Source: Candidatus Taenariivivens baikalensis (GTDB taxonomy: Bacteria; Omnitrophota; Omnitrophia; Omnitrophales; Aquincolibacteriaceae). From it: DNA of 64,000 nucleotides. The stretch lies in the NCBI GenBank assembly GCA_009691445.1, contig SICL01000007.1, positions 6,916-70,915 of the forward strand, read 5' to 3'. Positions 18,931-27,936 of the stretch are shown one piece after another. A model generated the notes under the pieces. The model was not told where the DNA came from, made no database searches, and worked only from the letters and a program-made list of their open reading frames with translations. Within the stretch, counting starts at the first letter, position 1; each line of letters begins with the position of its first letter. The position numbers and the translations under genes are program-made.

Positions 18931-19621
18931 AAGTAACCGTCACCTTTTCTTTTTCAATGTTCTGAACTTTCAGGCCATTAATTTCCTGGCCCCGCTTTAA
19001 AAAATAAGTTTTCCCGCTCTCAGTTTGTTCGATCATGGCAAGCGGGCTCGTGTTTGTCCAAGAGATTCCCACCAATTTGATGCTCTGCATGATCTTGGCC
19101 ATCTTGTCACTTTTAGGCTGAGAAACAGAAAGGACTTCCGGCTTGGCTTCTTCTTTCTCCGCCAGCTTCCCTGTCATCAGCATAAAAGGATTTCTCCTCG
19201 CCATCATGTCATGATAGTACTTCACATCATGCTGGGCTTTTTCGCCCTTATCTCCTTCCCGCGAAGAAAAAGCCGAATCATTCAAGCTGACTTGGGACAG
19301 GAATTTTTTGGGATCCCCTTTTAAAATGGAAAGATCCAACGCAAGATAAATCCCGCACACCAAAACACCCGCAATCAAAAAAGCATTGACGCCCTTAATG
19401 TAAGCAAAAGGATTGGCATCTTCAACCGCGACTGAACTGCGCTTGGGTGCTTGATTCCTGGAAACGGAAAAAAGTTTTCCCCAAGGAATTCCCGGAAGAG
19501 AAAATTTTCGTTTCCCCGTTTTCGGAGTTCCCTTACCCTTCTGAGGGTTCTTGGAATCCAAACCCGGATTCTCAATCAATTTAAGTAATTGCTCTTCTGG
19601 AGTGGGTTTTGGCTGTACCAT
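18902..19621 (-). CDS. GspC/PilP-like inner-membrane accessory protein
   Basis: Single TM helix, RRNPF motif, C-terminal HR-like domain KLVGISW...AMIE...GKTYFLKRGQEINGLKVQNIEKEKVTV; directly upstream of the secretin. Confidence 0.75.
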   Translation of the reverse strand: MVQPKPTPEEQLLKLIENPGLDSKNPQKGKGTPKTGKRKFSLPGIPWGKLFSVSRNQAPKRSSVAVEDANPFAYIKGVNAFLIAGVLVCGIYLALDLSILKGDPKKFLSQVSLNDSAFSSREGDKGEKAQHDVKYYHDMMARRNPFMLMTGKLAEKEEAKPEVLSVSQPKSDKMAKIMQSIKLVGISWTNTSPLAMIEQTESGKTYFLKRGQEINGLKVQNIEKEKVTVTYEGEEASLF

Positions 19622-20445
19622 CCGGCACGCACATCCTGGTTCACAAGCTCTTCAATGTTGTTTGAGGTAATCACTTGCTGATTTTTCATTACCAGGCTCT
19701 TGAGAGCCCGGTGGCATAACATCGCAGTTTTCCGGGGATAACCACGGGCGGCCCGGTGAATTTCACGCACAGCCTCTTCCAGGAAAAGACGATAGCGTGA
19801 CTTAAAACCGGCCTGTCGCAAACGAAAATCAATCATTTCCCGGGTCTCTTCCTGATCCAGAGGCTCCAGAACGCACTTCAAACTTACGCGGTCGAGAAGA
19901 TTATGCATCTCTACCAACGTGGGCATGAGTTCCACCTGGGAAAGTAAAACGACCTGAATCAGCTTATAGGCATTTGTTTCGTAATTGAGCAGCATCCTTA
20001 AAATTTCAAGGCAGGACCGGTTCATTTTCTGGGCCTCATCGATAATGAGCACCACGGTCTGTTTTTCCTGGACTCCTTTTTGAAACAGGTAGCGTTCCAA
20101 GGCTTCTTTGTAATCCCAAAGAGTGGACTGAGGAACACTCAAATCAATACCGAAAGTCCGGATTAGATCTTGAAGAAATACCTGTTCATTAGGATAAGAA
20201 GGATCCAGAATTAAATGAAAAATAAATCCTTCCCGGTCACGAAGCATCTGAATCAATTTTCGCCCCAGGGTTGTCTTGCCGGTACCTACCTCCCCCAAAA
20301 CCACACTCAAACCTCTCTTGAGTCTTAGATCGATCATCAGATTAGCGAGAACCGCTTTGTGATTTCTCGACTCATAAAAATAGAGGGGGTCCGGACTCGT
20401 TGAAAAAGGCTCATCGTCCAAGCCAAGCACCCGGTAGTAACTCAT
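19576..20445 (-). CDS. ExeA/GspA-family AAA ATPase
   Basis: MSYYRVLGLDDEPFSTSPDP N-terminus, Walker A GEVGTGKT, Walker B LIIDEAQ, GYPR motif; start set at ATG 20445 after an AAGGAG RBS. Confidence 0.9.
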   Translation of the reverse strand: MSYYRVLGLDDEPFSTSPDPLYFYESRNHKAVLANLMIDLRLKRGLSVVLGEVGTGKTTLGRKLIQMLRDREGFIFHLILDPSYPNEQVFLQDLIRTFGIDLSVPQSTLWDYKEALERYLFQKGVQEKQTVVLIIDEAQKMNRSCLEILRMLLNYETNAYKLIQVVLLSQVELMPTLVEMHNLLDRVSLKCVLEPLDQEETREMIDFRLRQAGFKSRYRLFLEEAVREIHRAARGYPRKTAMLCHRALKSLVMKNQQVITSNNIEELVNQDVRAGWYSQNPLQKSNYLN

Positions 20446-20587
20446 CCGAATTCTCCTTAAAAATCGTCTCAAAACACAGCTTTTACGTCTTTGTAAAAAT
20501 CGGCAGTCTGTCAGGAGAACTTGAGACAAGTTACTGAAAAAAAAGCACTTACAACATTTTTGGGGGGAAGGAAAATAGGGAAGCTGG

Positions 20588-22399
20588 TTAGATTTTGATC
20601 ACGACGTAGACTAAAATCAGAATAACGGTCAGGATCAATAAAATAGAAATAACATGCTGCATAAATTCAGAGCTTACTTTCTTTTTTTCTGATTCGGCAG
20701 TACTGGCAGGTTGCGTCGAAGCAAAACGGCTTGCCGTGTAAGATCCTTCCGCCTGAGTTTCTTTTTTAACAGGTCCTGAAACATGGATAAATTGAGATTG
20801 GCTTAAATCCACCAAAGAAGTCCGCCTCAGTTTTTTCCCGTTTTCATCGTATTCGATCTGGATCACGGGACTTAAGGGATATTGACGGTTTTGCCTCACA
20901 ACCCGGCCAACTTGTTTATTGCTCAACTCCACATAACTCATCACAGGGTAAAGTCCCACGCGAACCATCAAGGACTTAAGCACAAGACGATCATAAATGC
21001 CACGCCCTGTGTCAATCAGCTGTTTCATGGCGTCATTGACTTCCAGTGGTTTTTTTCGATAGGGCCGCTCATGAATCAAGGCCTCGAAACTGTCGATCAC
21101 GTGAATGATTTTGGCAAAGATGTGAATATCCTGATCCATGAGTCCCTTGGGATATCCTTTCCCGTTACCGATCTCATGGTGATGCATAATAGCCTCCAGA
21201 GCCGTTGTGCTCAAAATATCTTTCAGCATCTCGGCTCCCTTTAAAGGATGATCGAGAATCTCCTTTTCCAGTTGAGGCGTAAGCTTTTTAGGATAATTCA
21301 AGTCTTCACGCACTTTCACAAGCCCCATATCATGCAGAAAGGCTGCCAGCCCAAGGTCCATCATTTCTTCTCGGGAAAAGGAAAATTCAAGGGCAAGAAT
21401 CAGTGCCAGAACCGCCGTATTGACCGCATGATAAGTAAAATGGTTATCTACCGGATAAGGTTCCAGGGCAAGGCGCATAGATTCAAGATCCCGCTTCTGA
21501 ATTAAATCCAGAAACGAATTTAAAATTTCTTTCAGCGGATCCAGGTCCGGAATCCTTCCTTGAGCGGACTGTGCAAAAAGAGGCTCTCCGATAGCTACCA
21601 ATTGATCCCGAAGACTTATTGCCAATGCCTCAGCCTGGGGATCTGCCTGAAGTGCAACTTCAGGGATTGTTTCATCTATTTTTTCAATGGGTTTTAATCC
21701 CGAGAAGGATGGAGGAGGGATCTTTGAGGGCAACTCATTCCGCGCGGGAGGCGCTGGAGAAGAAACGTCCCTTAAAAGCACGGCGACTTCTTCCCTGGAT
21801 TCATCCTTCTTAATCGGAGGCGGAGGCGTCACGAGCTGATCCGAAGGTTGGCTTAACGCCCGCAGGGAGTTTCTTGCGTCGTTCAACTCTTTTTCCCGGA
21901 GATCCAAAAGTTTCTGGAATCCTTGCAAGGTCTGTTTATCTTTCAGGCCTTCAATCTCAAGCGTTTCTTTTATCTTGGCTCTTTCCGCTTCAAAGGCCGC
22001 TGATAAAACTGACTCCATTTGTTTTTTGTATTCGGAAAGCTCCCTGGATCTCTCCTGACGAAGTTTTTCCTGTTCCTGATCAGCTGCCTGTTTCATAAGC
22101 TGTAAACTTTTTTCCTGATCAGCTGATTTCTTTTTCTCTGATTCAAGCCCCTGATGAAAACGGGATTCGAGTTCCTGTCGGGTCTTATCCATTTCCCGCT
22201 GAAACTGCGCCTCCAATTCCTGACGGATTCGCTTCTCAATCAATGTCGCTTCCACCACAAGGGAAAAAGACTCGTCTTGCGATGAACGGAGTTTGGGCTT
22301 GTCTTCTTGTTTTCCAATGATCTTTTCTTCGGGAATAATCTTGGGAACCGGGGGGCTTACATCGACTTTGGGAGCTGCTAAAAAATCAGAAAATCTCAT
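20588..22399 (-). CDS. HD-GYP domain protein with N-terminal coiled coil and C-terminal TM anchor
   Basis: FLHDMG, HHExxNGKGYPKGL, RPYRK motifs; hydrophobic C-terminus VISILLILTVILILVYVVIKI; start set at MRFSDFL (22399). Confidence 0.85.
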   Translation of the reverse strand: MRFSDFLAAPKVDVSPPVPKIIPEEKIIGKQEDKPKLRSSQDESFSLVVEATLIEKRIRQELEAQFQREMDKTRQELESRFHQGLESEKKKSADQEKSLQLMKQAADQEQEKLRQERSRELSEYKKQMESVLSAAFEAERAKIKETLEIEGLKDKQTLQGFQKLLDLREKELNDARNSLRALSQPSDQLVTPPPPIKKDESREEVAVLLRDVSSPAPPARNELPSKIPPPSFSGLKPIEKIDETIPEVALQADPQAEALAISLRDQLVAIGEPLFAQSAQGRIPDLDPLKEILNSFLDLIQKRDLESMRLALEPYPVDNHFTYHAVNTAVLALILALEFSFSREEMMDLGLAAFLHDMGLVKVREDLNYPKKLTPQLEKEILDHPLKGAEMLKDILSTTALEAIMHHHEIGNGKGYPKGLMDQDIHIFAKIIHVIDSFEALIHERPYRKKPLEVNDAMKQLIDTGRGIYDRLVLKSLMVRVGLYPVMSYVELSNKQVGRVVRQNRQYPLSPVIQIEYDENGKKLRRTSLVDLSQSQFIHVSGPVKKETQAEGSYTASRFASTQPASTAESEKKKVSSEFMQHVISILLILTVILILVYVVIKI

Positions 22400-22409
22400 T
22401 CCGATCCTT

Positions 22410-23216
22410 TTAAACCGTTTGAGGATCCATAAGCACCTCATTGATAATTTGGGTCGTAATCACCGAAGCCTTCATCCCAAATCCCGTTAAAAGCGCCAAG
22501 TCACAAACCTGATTAATACGCCGGGGAAGTCCTCCCGTAGATTCGTGAATCGTCTTGAAGGAATCTTCGGAAAAAATAGCACGGCTTACTCCCGCCACTT
22601 TCACCCGGTGGAGAATATATTTTTGAGTCTCATCCAGCTTTAGCCCTTTCAAATGAAACCGCACGGCAACCCTTTGATCAAAGGGTTTAAGGTTGGAAAT
22701 TTTTTCCCGGAGTTCCGGCTGTCCCGCCAGAATCAACGTCAGAAGAAATTTATCCCTTTTTTGAAAATTAAGCAGCAATCTTAGTTCCTCAAAAATAGCC
22801 CGGTCCTCAATCAAATGCGCTTCATCCACAATCACAACCACGTGACGGCCTTCGGCATAGTTATCATTAAGAATTTCAGTAAGGCGATGCAGAAGATCAG
22901 TTTTTTGATCTGAAAGATGGTCATGGACTCCCAATTGATAAACGATTTCCTTGAGAAGCTCCACACTGCTTAGCTGGGGATTGAAAATAAAGGCCGTTGT
23001 GTATTTATCACTCTTCAAGACATCAAGGAGGGCTTGAGCGATAAGAGTTTTCCCGGAACCGAAAATACCGGTGAGGACGGCGCATCCCAAGTGAGACTCA
23101 ACCACGTATTTAAGACGCGTCAACGCCTCTTCGTGCTGCTCCGAATAGCACAAAAAACGCGGATCACACGTATTCTGAAACGGTTTTTCTTTGAGACCCC
23201 AGTATTCAAGATACAT
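22410..23216 (-). CDS. ExeA/GspA-family AAA ATPase (second copy)
   Basis: MYLEYWGLKEKPF, Walker A GIFGSGKT, VVIVDEAH, LAGQPEL, GGLPRRINQVCD. Confidence 0.92.
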   Translation of the reverse strand: MYLEYWGLKEKPFQNTCDPRFLCYSEQHEEALTRLKYVVESHLGCAVLTGIFGSGKTLIAQALLDVLKSDKYTTAFIFNPQLSSVELLKEIVYQLGVHDHLSDQKTDLLHRLTEILNDNYAEGRHVVVIVDEAHLIEDRAIFEELRLLLNFQKRDKFLLTLILAGQPELREKISNLKPFDQRVAVRFHLKGLKLDETQKYILHRVKVAGVSRAIFSEDSFKTIHESTGGLPRRINQVCDLALLTGFGMKASVITTQIINEVLMDPQTV

Positions 23217-23227
23217 AATGTTTAAGT

Positions 23228-23255
23228 ATTATCAGCCTCTAAGAACGATTGTCAA
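23228..23255 (-). promoter_or_regulatory. Candidate sigma70 promoter for the ExeA-to-giant-gene cassette
   Basis: Minus strand TTGACA-N16-GATAAT; the -10 box ends 11 nt before ATG 23216. Confidence 0.5.
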
Positions 23256-23274
23256 TCCCTTCATCCAACAAAAC

Positions 23275-23339
23275 CGTCATCGCGAACCCCGCAGGCCGTG
23301 GCGATCTCTCTAGATTGCTTCGCTTCACTCGCAATGACG
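23275..23339. repeat. Intergenic miniature palindromic element (GTCATTGCGAG family)
   Basis: cgtcatcgcga...gcgatctc..agattgcttcg...ctcgcaatgacg. Confidence 0.85.
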
Positions 23340-23351
23340 AGAATAAGTTGA

Positions 23352-24419
23352 TTAATTGAAATCATCCGGATTTTTTTGCTGTTTATTACGAATCGCAAAC
23401 TCCATCAAAATGACAATTAAAAAAGCAATCGTAACAAATTGAACACATAACATGATCGCCTCAATTTTTAGCACATAACGCATCGCCACGGCCCCCATCC
23501 CCAACGCCAGCATCACAAAATAAGTGAAAAAGAGCGCTTGCCTTTGTGACATCCCGAGGGCCAAAAGCCGGTGGGAAAAATGATCCTTGGCGCTGAAAGT
23601 AACAATCTGGCGGATGCCTTTGGTCATTTTGTGAAACTTCCGACGGACCACCACGTACATAAGATCAAAAACCGGAAGCCCCAAGATAAAAACCGGCACC
23701 GCAATGGCTTTGAAAGGATTCGTCGACCAGGCCCCCATCACACTGATCGCGGCCAAACTATATCCCAAAAAGAAACTCCCCGCGTCTCCCATAAAAATAG
23801 AGGCTGGGGGAAAATTGTAAAAAAGAAACCCGATACAGCTTCCCATCAGGGCCACGGAAAGAGCGCCCCAGCTCCATTGTCCATTTTGAACTGCGACATA
23901 CGCATAAGCGAGTGACGCGAAAAATGTCAGGCCCGTGGCAAGCCCGTCCATATGATCGATCGCATTAAAAGCGCTGGTAACACCTACAATCCAGAACAGC
24001 GTCAAAACAAAGTTGATCCAGAAAAATCCGGGAACCAGATTTAGAAGCACCCCTTTATGCGCCAGGAAAATGGTAATACTAAAAAGGACTAACAGTTTTA
24101 AGGCGGCCGGCACCGAACGCAGATCATCCAGAATTCCAACAATCAGAGCGCAGGTTGCCCCCAAAATAAGGCCCTTTTGCTGATGTGTCAGAGATCCCGT
24201 GAGGATAAGACTGAATAAAAATCCAAAAAAAATCCCCACTCCGCCGAGACGGGGAGTGGGCTTGCTGTGAATCTTGATGTTGGAAGGGAAATCCACGGCC
24301 CCGGCCTTAATGGCAAGCCACCGGATGAACGGCGTTAGCACCGAAGTAATCACCACCGCAATAAAAAAAATCTTAACATAAAGCTCCTTCCAATGAAAAG
24401 GGTCCACTGAGGAAGTCAT
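23352..24419 (-). CDS. MraY/WecA-family undecaprenyl-phosphate sugar-1-phosphate transferase
   Basis: KIHSKPTPRLGG, GILDD, NAIDHMDGL, NFPPASIFMGDAGS, DHFSHRLL; multi-pass membrane protein. Confidence 0.9.
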   Translation of the reverse strand: MTSSVDPFHWKELYVKIFFIAVVITSVLTPFIRWLAIKAGAVDFPSNIKIHSKPTPRLGGVGIFFGFLFSLILTGSLTHQQKGLILGATCALIVGILDDLRSVPAALKLLVLFSITIFLAHKGVLLNLVPGFFWINFVLTLFWIVGVTSAFNAIDHMDGLATGLTFFASLAYAYVAVQNGQWSWGALSVALMGSCIGFLFYNFPPASIFMGDAGSFFLGYSLAAISVMGAWSTNPFKAIAVPVFILGLPVFDLMYVVVRRKFHKMTKGIRQIVTFSAKDHFSHRLLALGMSQRQALFFTYFVMLALGMGAVAMRYVLKIEAIMLCVQFVTIAFLIVILMEFAIRNKQQKNPDDFN

Positions 24420-25126
24420 AAATTCACCTTCTTCCTGCCGAGAAGGATATCGAGACTTTCTCCCCCGTAATTGAAAAGCAAATCGATAGCAGACAGGTTT
24501 GGAACAAACTCTCCGAACTGCTGGTGATAAACGGGATGATCAAATTCCTGGTAAAGAGAGCGGATCTTCCGCGCGGAAAATTTCGTTTCATCCGCGTAAT
24601 CTTTCCCGTGTTTTCCATGAAGATATTGATCCGCGCCTGTCTTCTCACACATATCCAGAATGAGTTCGTCCCCTTTGCCTGAGGCGCCGATTTCCGAAGC
24701 CTTTTTGACAGGTCGGTCAATCCCAAAAGACTTCAGCAGATAAAGAATAAAATGGCAGCTCAAATCACAAAAATTTTCCCAAGAACGTTTCATGTACATC
24801 TCTTCAAAAAAATCCGCGTATTTATAAAAATAGGGCGTCTTTCCGTAATTCACAAGAAGACTCTTCCAATGCTTACGGCCCCAGGGAAGCTCAGGATTAA
24901 TCAAAGTCTCCATAATTTTTTGCTCAAACTTGCCTTTAACCAAAACAGGCACTGAAAGCCATTGGGGACCGGTTGCGGTCTTGATGCGGTTACGACTCAC
25001 CCAACCAAACGGTCCTCGCTTCACATACTGGACATTGTCAACGATGACGAAGAGATCCGAATGATAAACCTTGTGAAAAAAACCCAAGTAGGGGAGATAG
25101 TTAGGCTGATGTCCGGTGAGGATCAT
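24416..25126 (-). CDS. WbqC-family protein
   Basis: MILTGHQPNYLPYLGFFHK, WVSRNRIKT, HPVYHQ, LSAIDLLFNYG; the track's N-terminal extension is repeat-derived. Confidence 0.9.
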   Translation of the reverse strand: MILTGHQPNYLPYLGFFHKVYHSDLFVIVDNVQYVKRGPFGWVSRNRIKTATGPQWLSVPVLVKGKFEQKIMETLINPELPWGRKHWKSLLVNYGKTPYFYKYADFFEEMYMKRSWENFCDLSCHFILYLLKSFGIDRPVKKASEIGASGKGDELILDMCEKTGADQYLHGKHGKDYADETKFSARKIRSLYQEFDHPVYHQQFGEFVPNLSAIDLLFNYGGESLDILLGRKKVNL

Positions 25127-25160
25127 AGTTTTATTCGACCAAGTATCACTGTTTTGTCGG

Positions 25161-25276
25161 TTGAGATTGCCGCGTCGTCCTGAGGGACTCCTCGCCATGA
25201 CACCGTTTGGTTTGTCATTGCGAGTCCCGAGCCTTGGCGGAGACGCGGCAATCGCAATGACACAATGACACAATGA
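25161..25276. repeat. Cluster of GTCATTGCGAG-family elements with a triplicated CAATGACA end
   Basis: gagattgccgcg...ctcgccatgac, then tgtcattgcgag...gcggcaatcgcaatgacacaatgacacaatga. Confidence 0.82.
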
Positions 25277-25295
25277 ACCCGCCTATTTTCATATT

Positions 25296-26054
25296 TTAAA
25301 CCACTTGCCGGTAAAGCATATAGGCTTCACACGCTTTGCGTCCGACTTCGCGTCCCCTGGCACAGGCTAAATCCTCCACACTTTCGAGACTGCAAGGATC
25401 CCGTGAATCCCGTTTTTGCGAAGCATAAGCCTGTACCGCTTTGAGCTTAAGATCAAGATAAACAGAAATATCTACGTAAAAATTAGGATGAAATCCGCGG
25501 TCCGGAGTATTCCAGGTAAGCGTCGGGCTGTCATAGACAAGCACCACATCGGGACTGTGCTTCAGCCCTCCCGCATGAATGCGCAGCGCCGTAAAGCAGG
25601 CGTCAAAAACGGCACGGTGATCCTGATTGTAGGAAGGCGCAGGAATCATCACAATATCAGGTTTGATCCGGTCCAAAGAAAGGCGGCTTTTACTTTCAAG
25701 CTGTGCGATTAACTCAAACTGCGGAACAGCATCCAGCTTCATATGTTTTTTGTGATCCACATAAATCACATCGTGATCTTTCCATTTAAGAAGGGCGGCT
25801 ACTTTCTCGATTTCCTGTAAACGCTCATCCCCTTTGACGACTCCCCGTTTTTCATAAAACTTCAGATCGCTCACGGAAAAAAAGATGACATACACTTGAG
25901 CGCCAAGATCCTGGGCCTTGGCCAAAGTCCCCGCGCATCCGAACACTTCATCGTCCGGATGGGGAGACACGAGGAGAACTCGTTTTCCTTTCCAGAACTG
26001 AGTTTCGATTTCCAAAGACGGCACGGATTTACGGCGAGATTCTTTTTTCATCAT
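25296..26054 (-). CDS. PIG-L/LmbE-family de-N-acetylase
   Basis: SPHPDDEVFG, NQDHR, PNFYVDIS, KLKAVQAYASQ. Confidence 0.9.
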   Translation of the reverse strand: MMKKESRRKSVPSLEIETQFWKGKRVLLVSPHPDDEVFGCAGTLAKAQDLGAQVYVIFFSVSDLKFYEKRGVVKGDERLQEIEKVAALLKWKDHDVIYVDHKKHMKLDAVPQFELIAQLESKSRLSLDRIKPDIVMIPAPSYNQDHRAVFDACFTALRIHAGGLKHSPDVVLVYDSPTLTWNTPDRGFHPNFYVDISVYLDLKLKAVQAYASQKRDSRDPCSLESVEDLACARGREVGRKACEAYMLYRQVV

Positions 26055-26058
26055 AACC

Positions 26059-27936
26059 TCAAGAATGGGGCGAGCTATTTGCCTTGATCATCGCTAAAAA
26101 CTTTTTTGCATTTTCATGCTTTGCATCAATATCCAAAGCAGTTTTCAAGGACCTCATCGCCTGCTCCATCTTACCCGTCTGCATATACAGCAAACCGATA
26201 AAGGCGTGCGTGTCCGCATCTTTCCATTGAAGATTCAAGGACGAATTAAATTCATCCAGGGCCTCGGCATATCTTTTTTGATTGAGATACGTAATCCCGA
26301 TGTTCCGATGCAGCGTTACGGCCAAATCATCGCGCGGCGCATAGCGAATCCCCTCTTTAGCCGCCTGGACCGCTTCATCATTCTTTCCCAGCCCCGCATA
26401 AGCCTGAGCAAGAAAGGCATAAAGGTACGGATCATCTTTCCTGTATCGTAAACCCTCCCGGATTTCTTTAATCGCCGCCTCATGCTTTCCAAGACGTAAA
26501 TAGACCTGAGCGAGATTAGGATGCAGCTCCGGAACCTTGGGATCCAGCTCTCTGGATTTCTCAAGCTCCCTCTCGGCATCTTCATAACGGTTCAAATTAA
26601 TAAAGGCCGCGCCCAAATTCAGGCGGATAGCTGACTCCGAGATTTCATTCATCATCGTCGATCCATCGCCATTCCCAGAAGAGGTCGCGGGCACGGGATT
26701 CATTTTTTTTCGTAAGGCCTTTTCAAGACATTCCACGGCCTTAGGATACTGTTTACTTTTAAGATAAGCGACCCCGAGATTGCTTAAGGTCGTCATATCT
26801 TCCGGATCTTTTGCCACCAGCTTTTCCAGCTCAGTCACGCCGCGATCCAAGTCATTTCTTTCGAGATAAGCGAGCGCCAAATTCCCTTGAAGAATACGGT
26901 TATCCGAATCAGCACTGAGCCCCTTCAACCAGTTAAAAATCGCAAGATCTGTATTTCCCTGCTGATAATACGCCACTCCAAGATAATTCAGGGTATCCGC
27001 CAGCATTTTCTTTTGGCTCGGAAGCACAAAATGAGCAATGGCACTGCCAAGTTCACGCACGGCAAGCGCATAACGTCCGGCTTGGTAATAAATATTTCCA
27101 AGCTCGAAATGAATATGCGGATTTTCATAGCGGTACTGCAGCGCTTCTTCCCAAATAGAAATCGCTTTTGCTTCCTGTTTGCGGGCTTGATAAAATTTTC
27201 CCAGTTGATAATAAAAATCACTGTGAGGATTTTGGCGGATTTTTTTTTCGTAAATATCAACAACCTTATCCACGCTTTCTCCAGATAAAGATTCCATCCC
27301 TTTTTGAAAATCCACACCTTGAGTGGCCGTCACAATCTGCTCATTGGCTTCATCCAGCATCAGAACTGGCTGAGCCGGAACCGACGAGTGCATGATGGCA
27401 TCCGGATCCGTGATATGGATGCCACCAAAAAGATGGGTGATCTCATGAGCCAGCACCACCTGTTCGCGCGTACTTCCCAAGGCTGCAAAAGGATCCCGGA
27501 TCACGACAAACCCGCGAAAATATTGGGCGGAGCCTACCGTATCCACGTCCGCCACTTTATCATCCCGAAAGGGCTGGCTCATTTTATGAAACCCAATCAC
27601 AATCTGATCCTTACCAAGCGGAATAAAGCTACGCAACTCTTCCATCAAAAGATCGGTCTCACGGGTTTCGTCCTGAGGTTCCCAATTAATGTATTGGACC
27701 ACTTTGAAGTGAACGTTGAAATGCGGTTCAAAAATCTGATTCACAAAGATAATGCGGTCGCGGATATCTTTTTCCCACTCGACAGCGCTCTGGAATGTCG
27801 GCGAAGAAGCAACCTTAACTTCGATTTCCCGGTGCGGAAGTTCGGAGGCAAAGACTGTATAGGGGAAAAAGAAAAGCGAAAATAACAGAAGTCTAAACGC
27901 AATTTCATAAGTAGCTGTAAATTCTTTATCGGTCAT
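26059..27936 (-). CDS. Exported metzincin-like zinc protease with C-terminal TPR array
   Basis: Signal peptide, LAHEITHLFGGIH (HExxHxxGxxH), Met-turn AIMHSS, then many TPRs. Confidence 0.82.
   Translation of the reverse strand: MTDKEFTATYEIAFRLLLFSLFFFPYTVFASELPHREIEVKVASSPTFQSAVEWEKDIRDRIIFVNQIFEPHFNVHFKVVQYINWEPQDETRETDLLMEELRSFIPLGKDQIVIGFHKMSQPFRDDKVADVDTVGSAQYFRGFVVIRDPFAALGSTREQVVLAHEITHLFGGIHITDPDAIMHSSVPAQPVLMLDEANEQIVTATQGVDFQKGMESLSGESVDKVVDIYEKKIRQNPHSDFYYQLGKFYQARKQEAKAISIWEEALQYRYENPHIHFELGNIYYQAGRYALAVRELGSAIAHFVLPSQKKMLADTLNYLGVAYYQQGNTDLAIFNWLKGLSADSDNRILQGNLALAYLERNDLDRGVTELEKLVAKDPEDMTTLSNLGVAYLKSKQYPKAVECLEKALRKKMNPVPATSSGNGDGSTMMNEISESAIRLNLGAAFINLNRYEDAERELEKSRELDPKVPELHPNLAQVYLRLGKHEAAIKEIREGLRYRKDDPYLYAFLAQAYAGLGKNDEAVQAAKEGIRYAPRDDLAVTLHRNIGITYLNQKRYAEALDEFNSSLNLQWKDADTHAFIGLLYMQTGKMEQAMRSLKTALDIDAKHENAKKFLAMIKANSSPHS

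Noticed and set aside
16224-23216. Calling the cassette a complete canonical type II secretion or Tad system
   Set aside because: No GspE/PilB/TadA ATPase, GspF/TadBC platform, prepilins or prepilin peptidase is visible in the window.
25127-25273. N-terminal extension of WbqC in the track (MCHCVIAIAAS...)
   Set aside because: It is a translation of palindromic repeats; the family-like sequence begins at MILTGHQPNY (25126).
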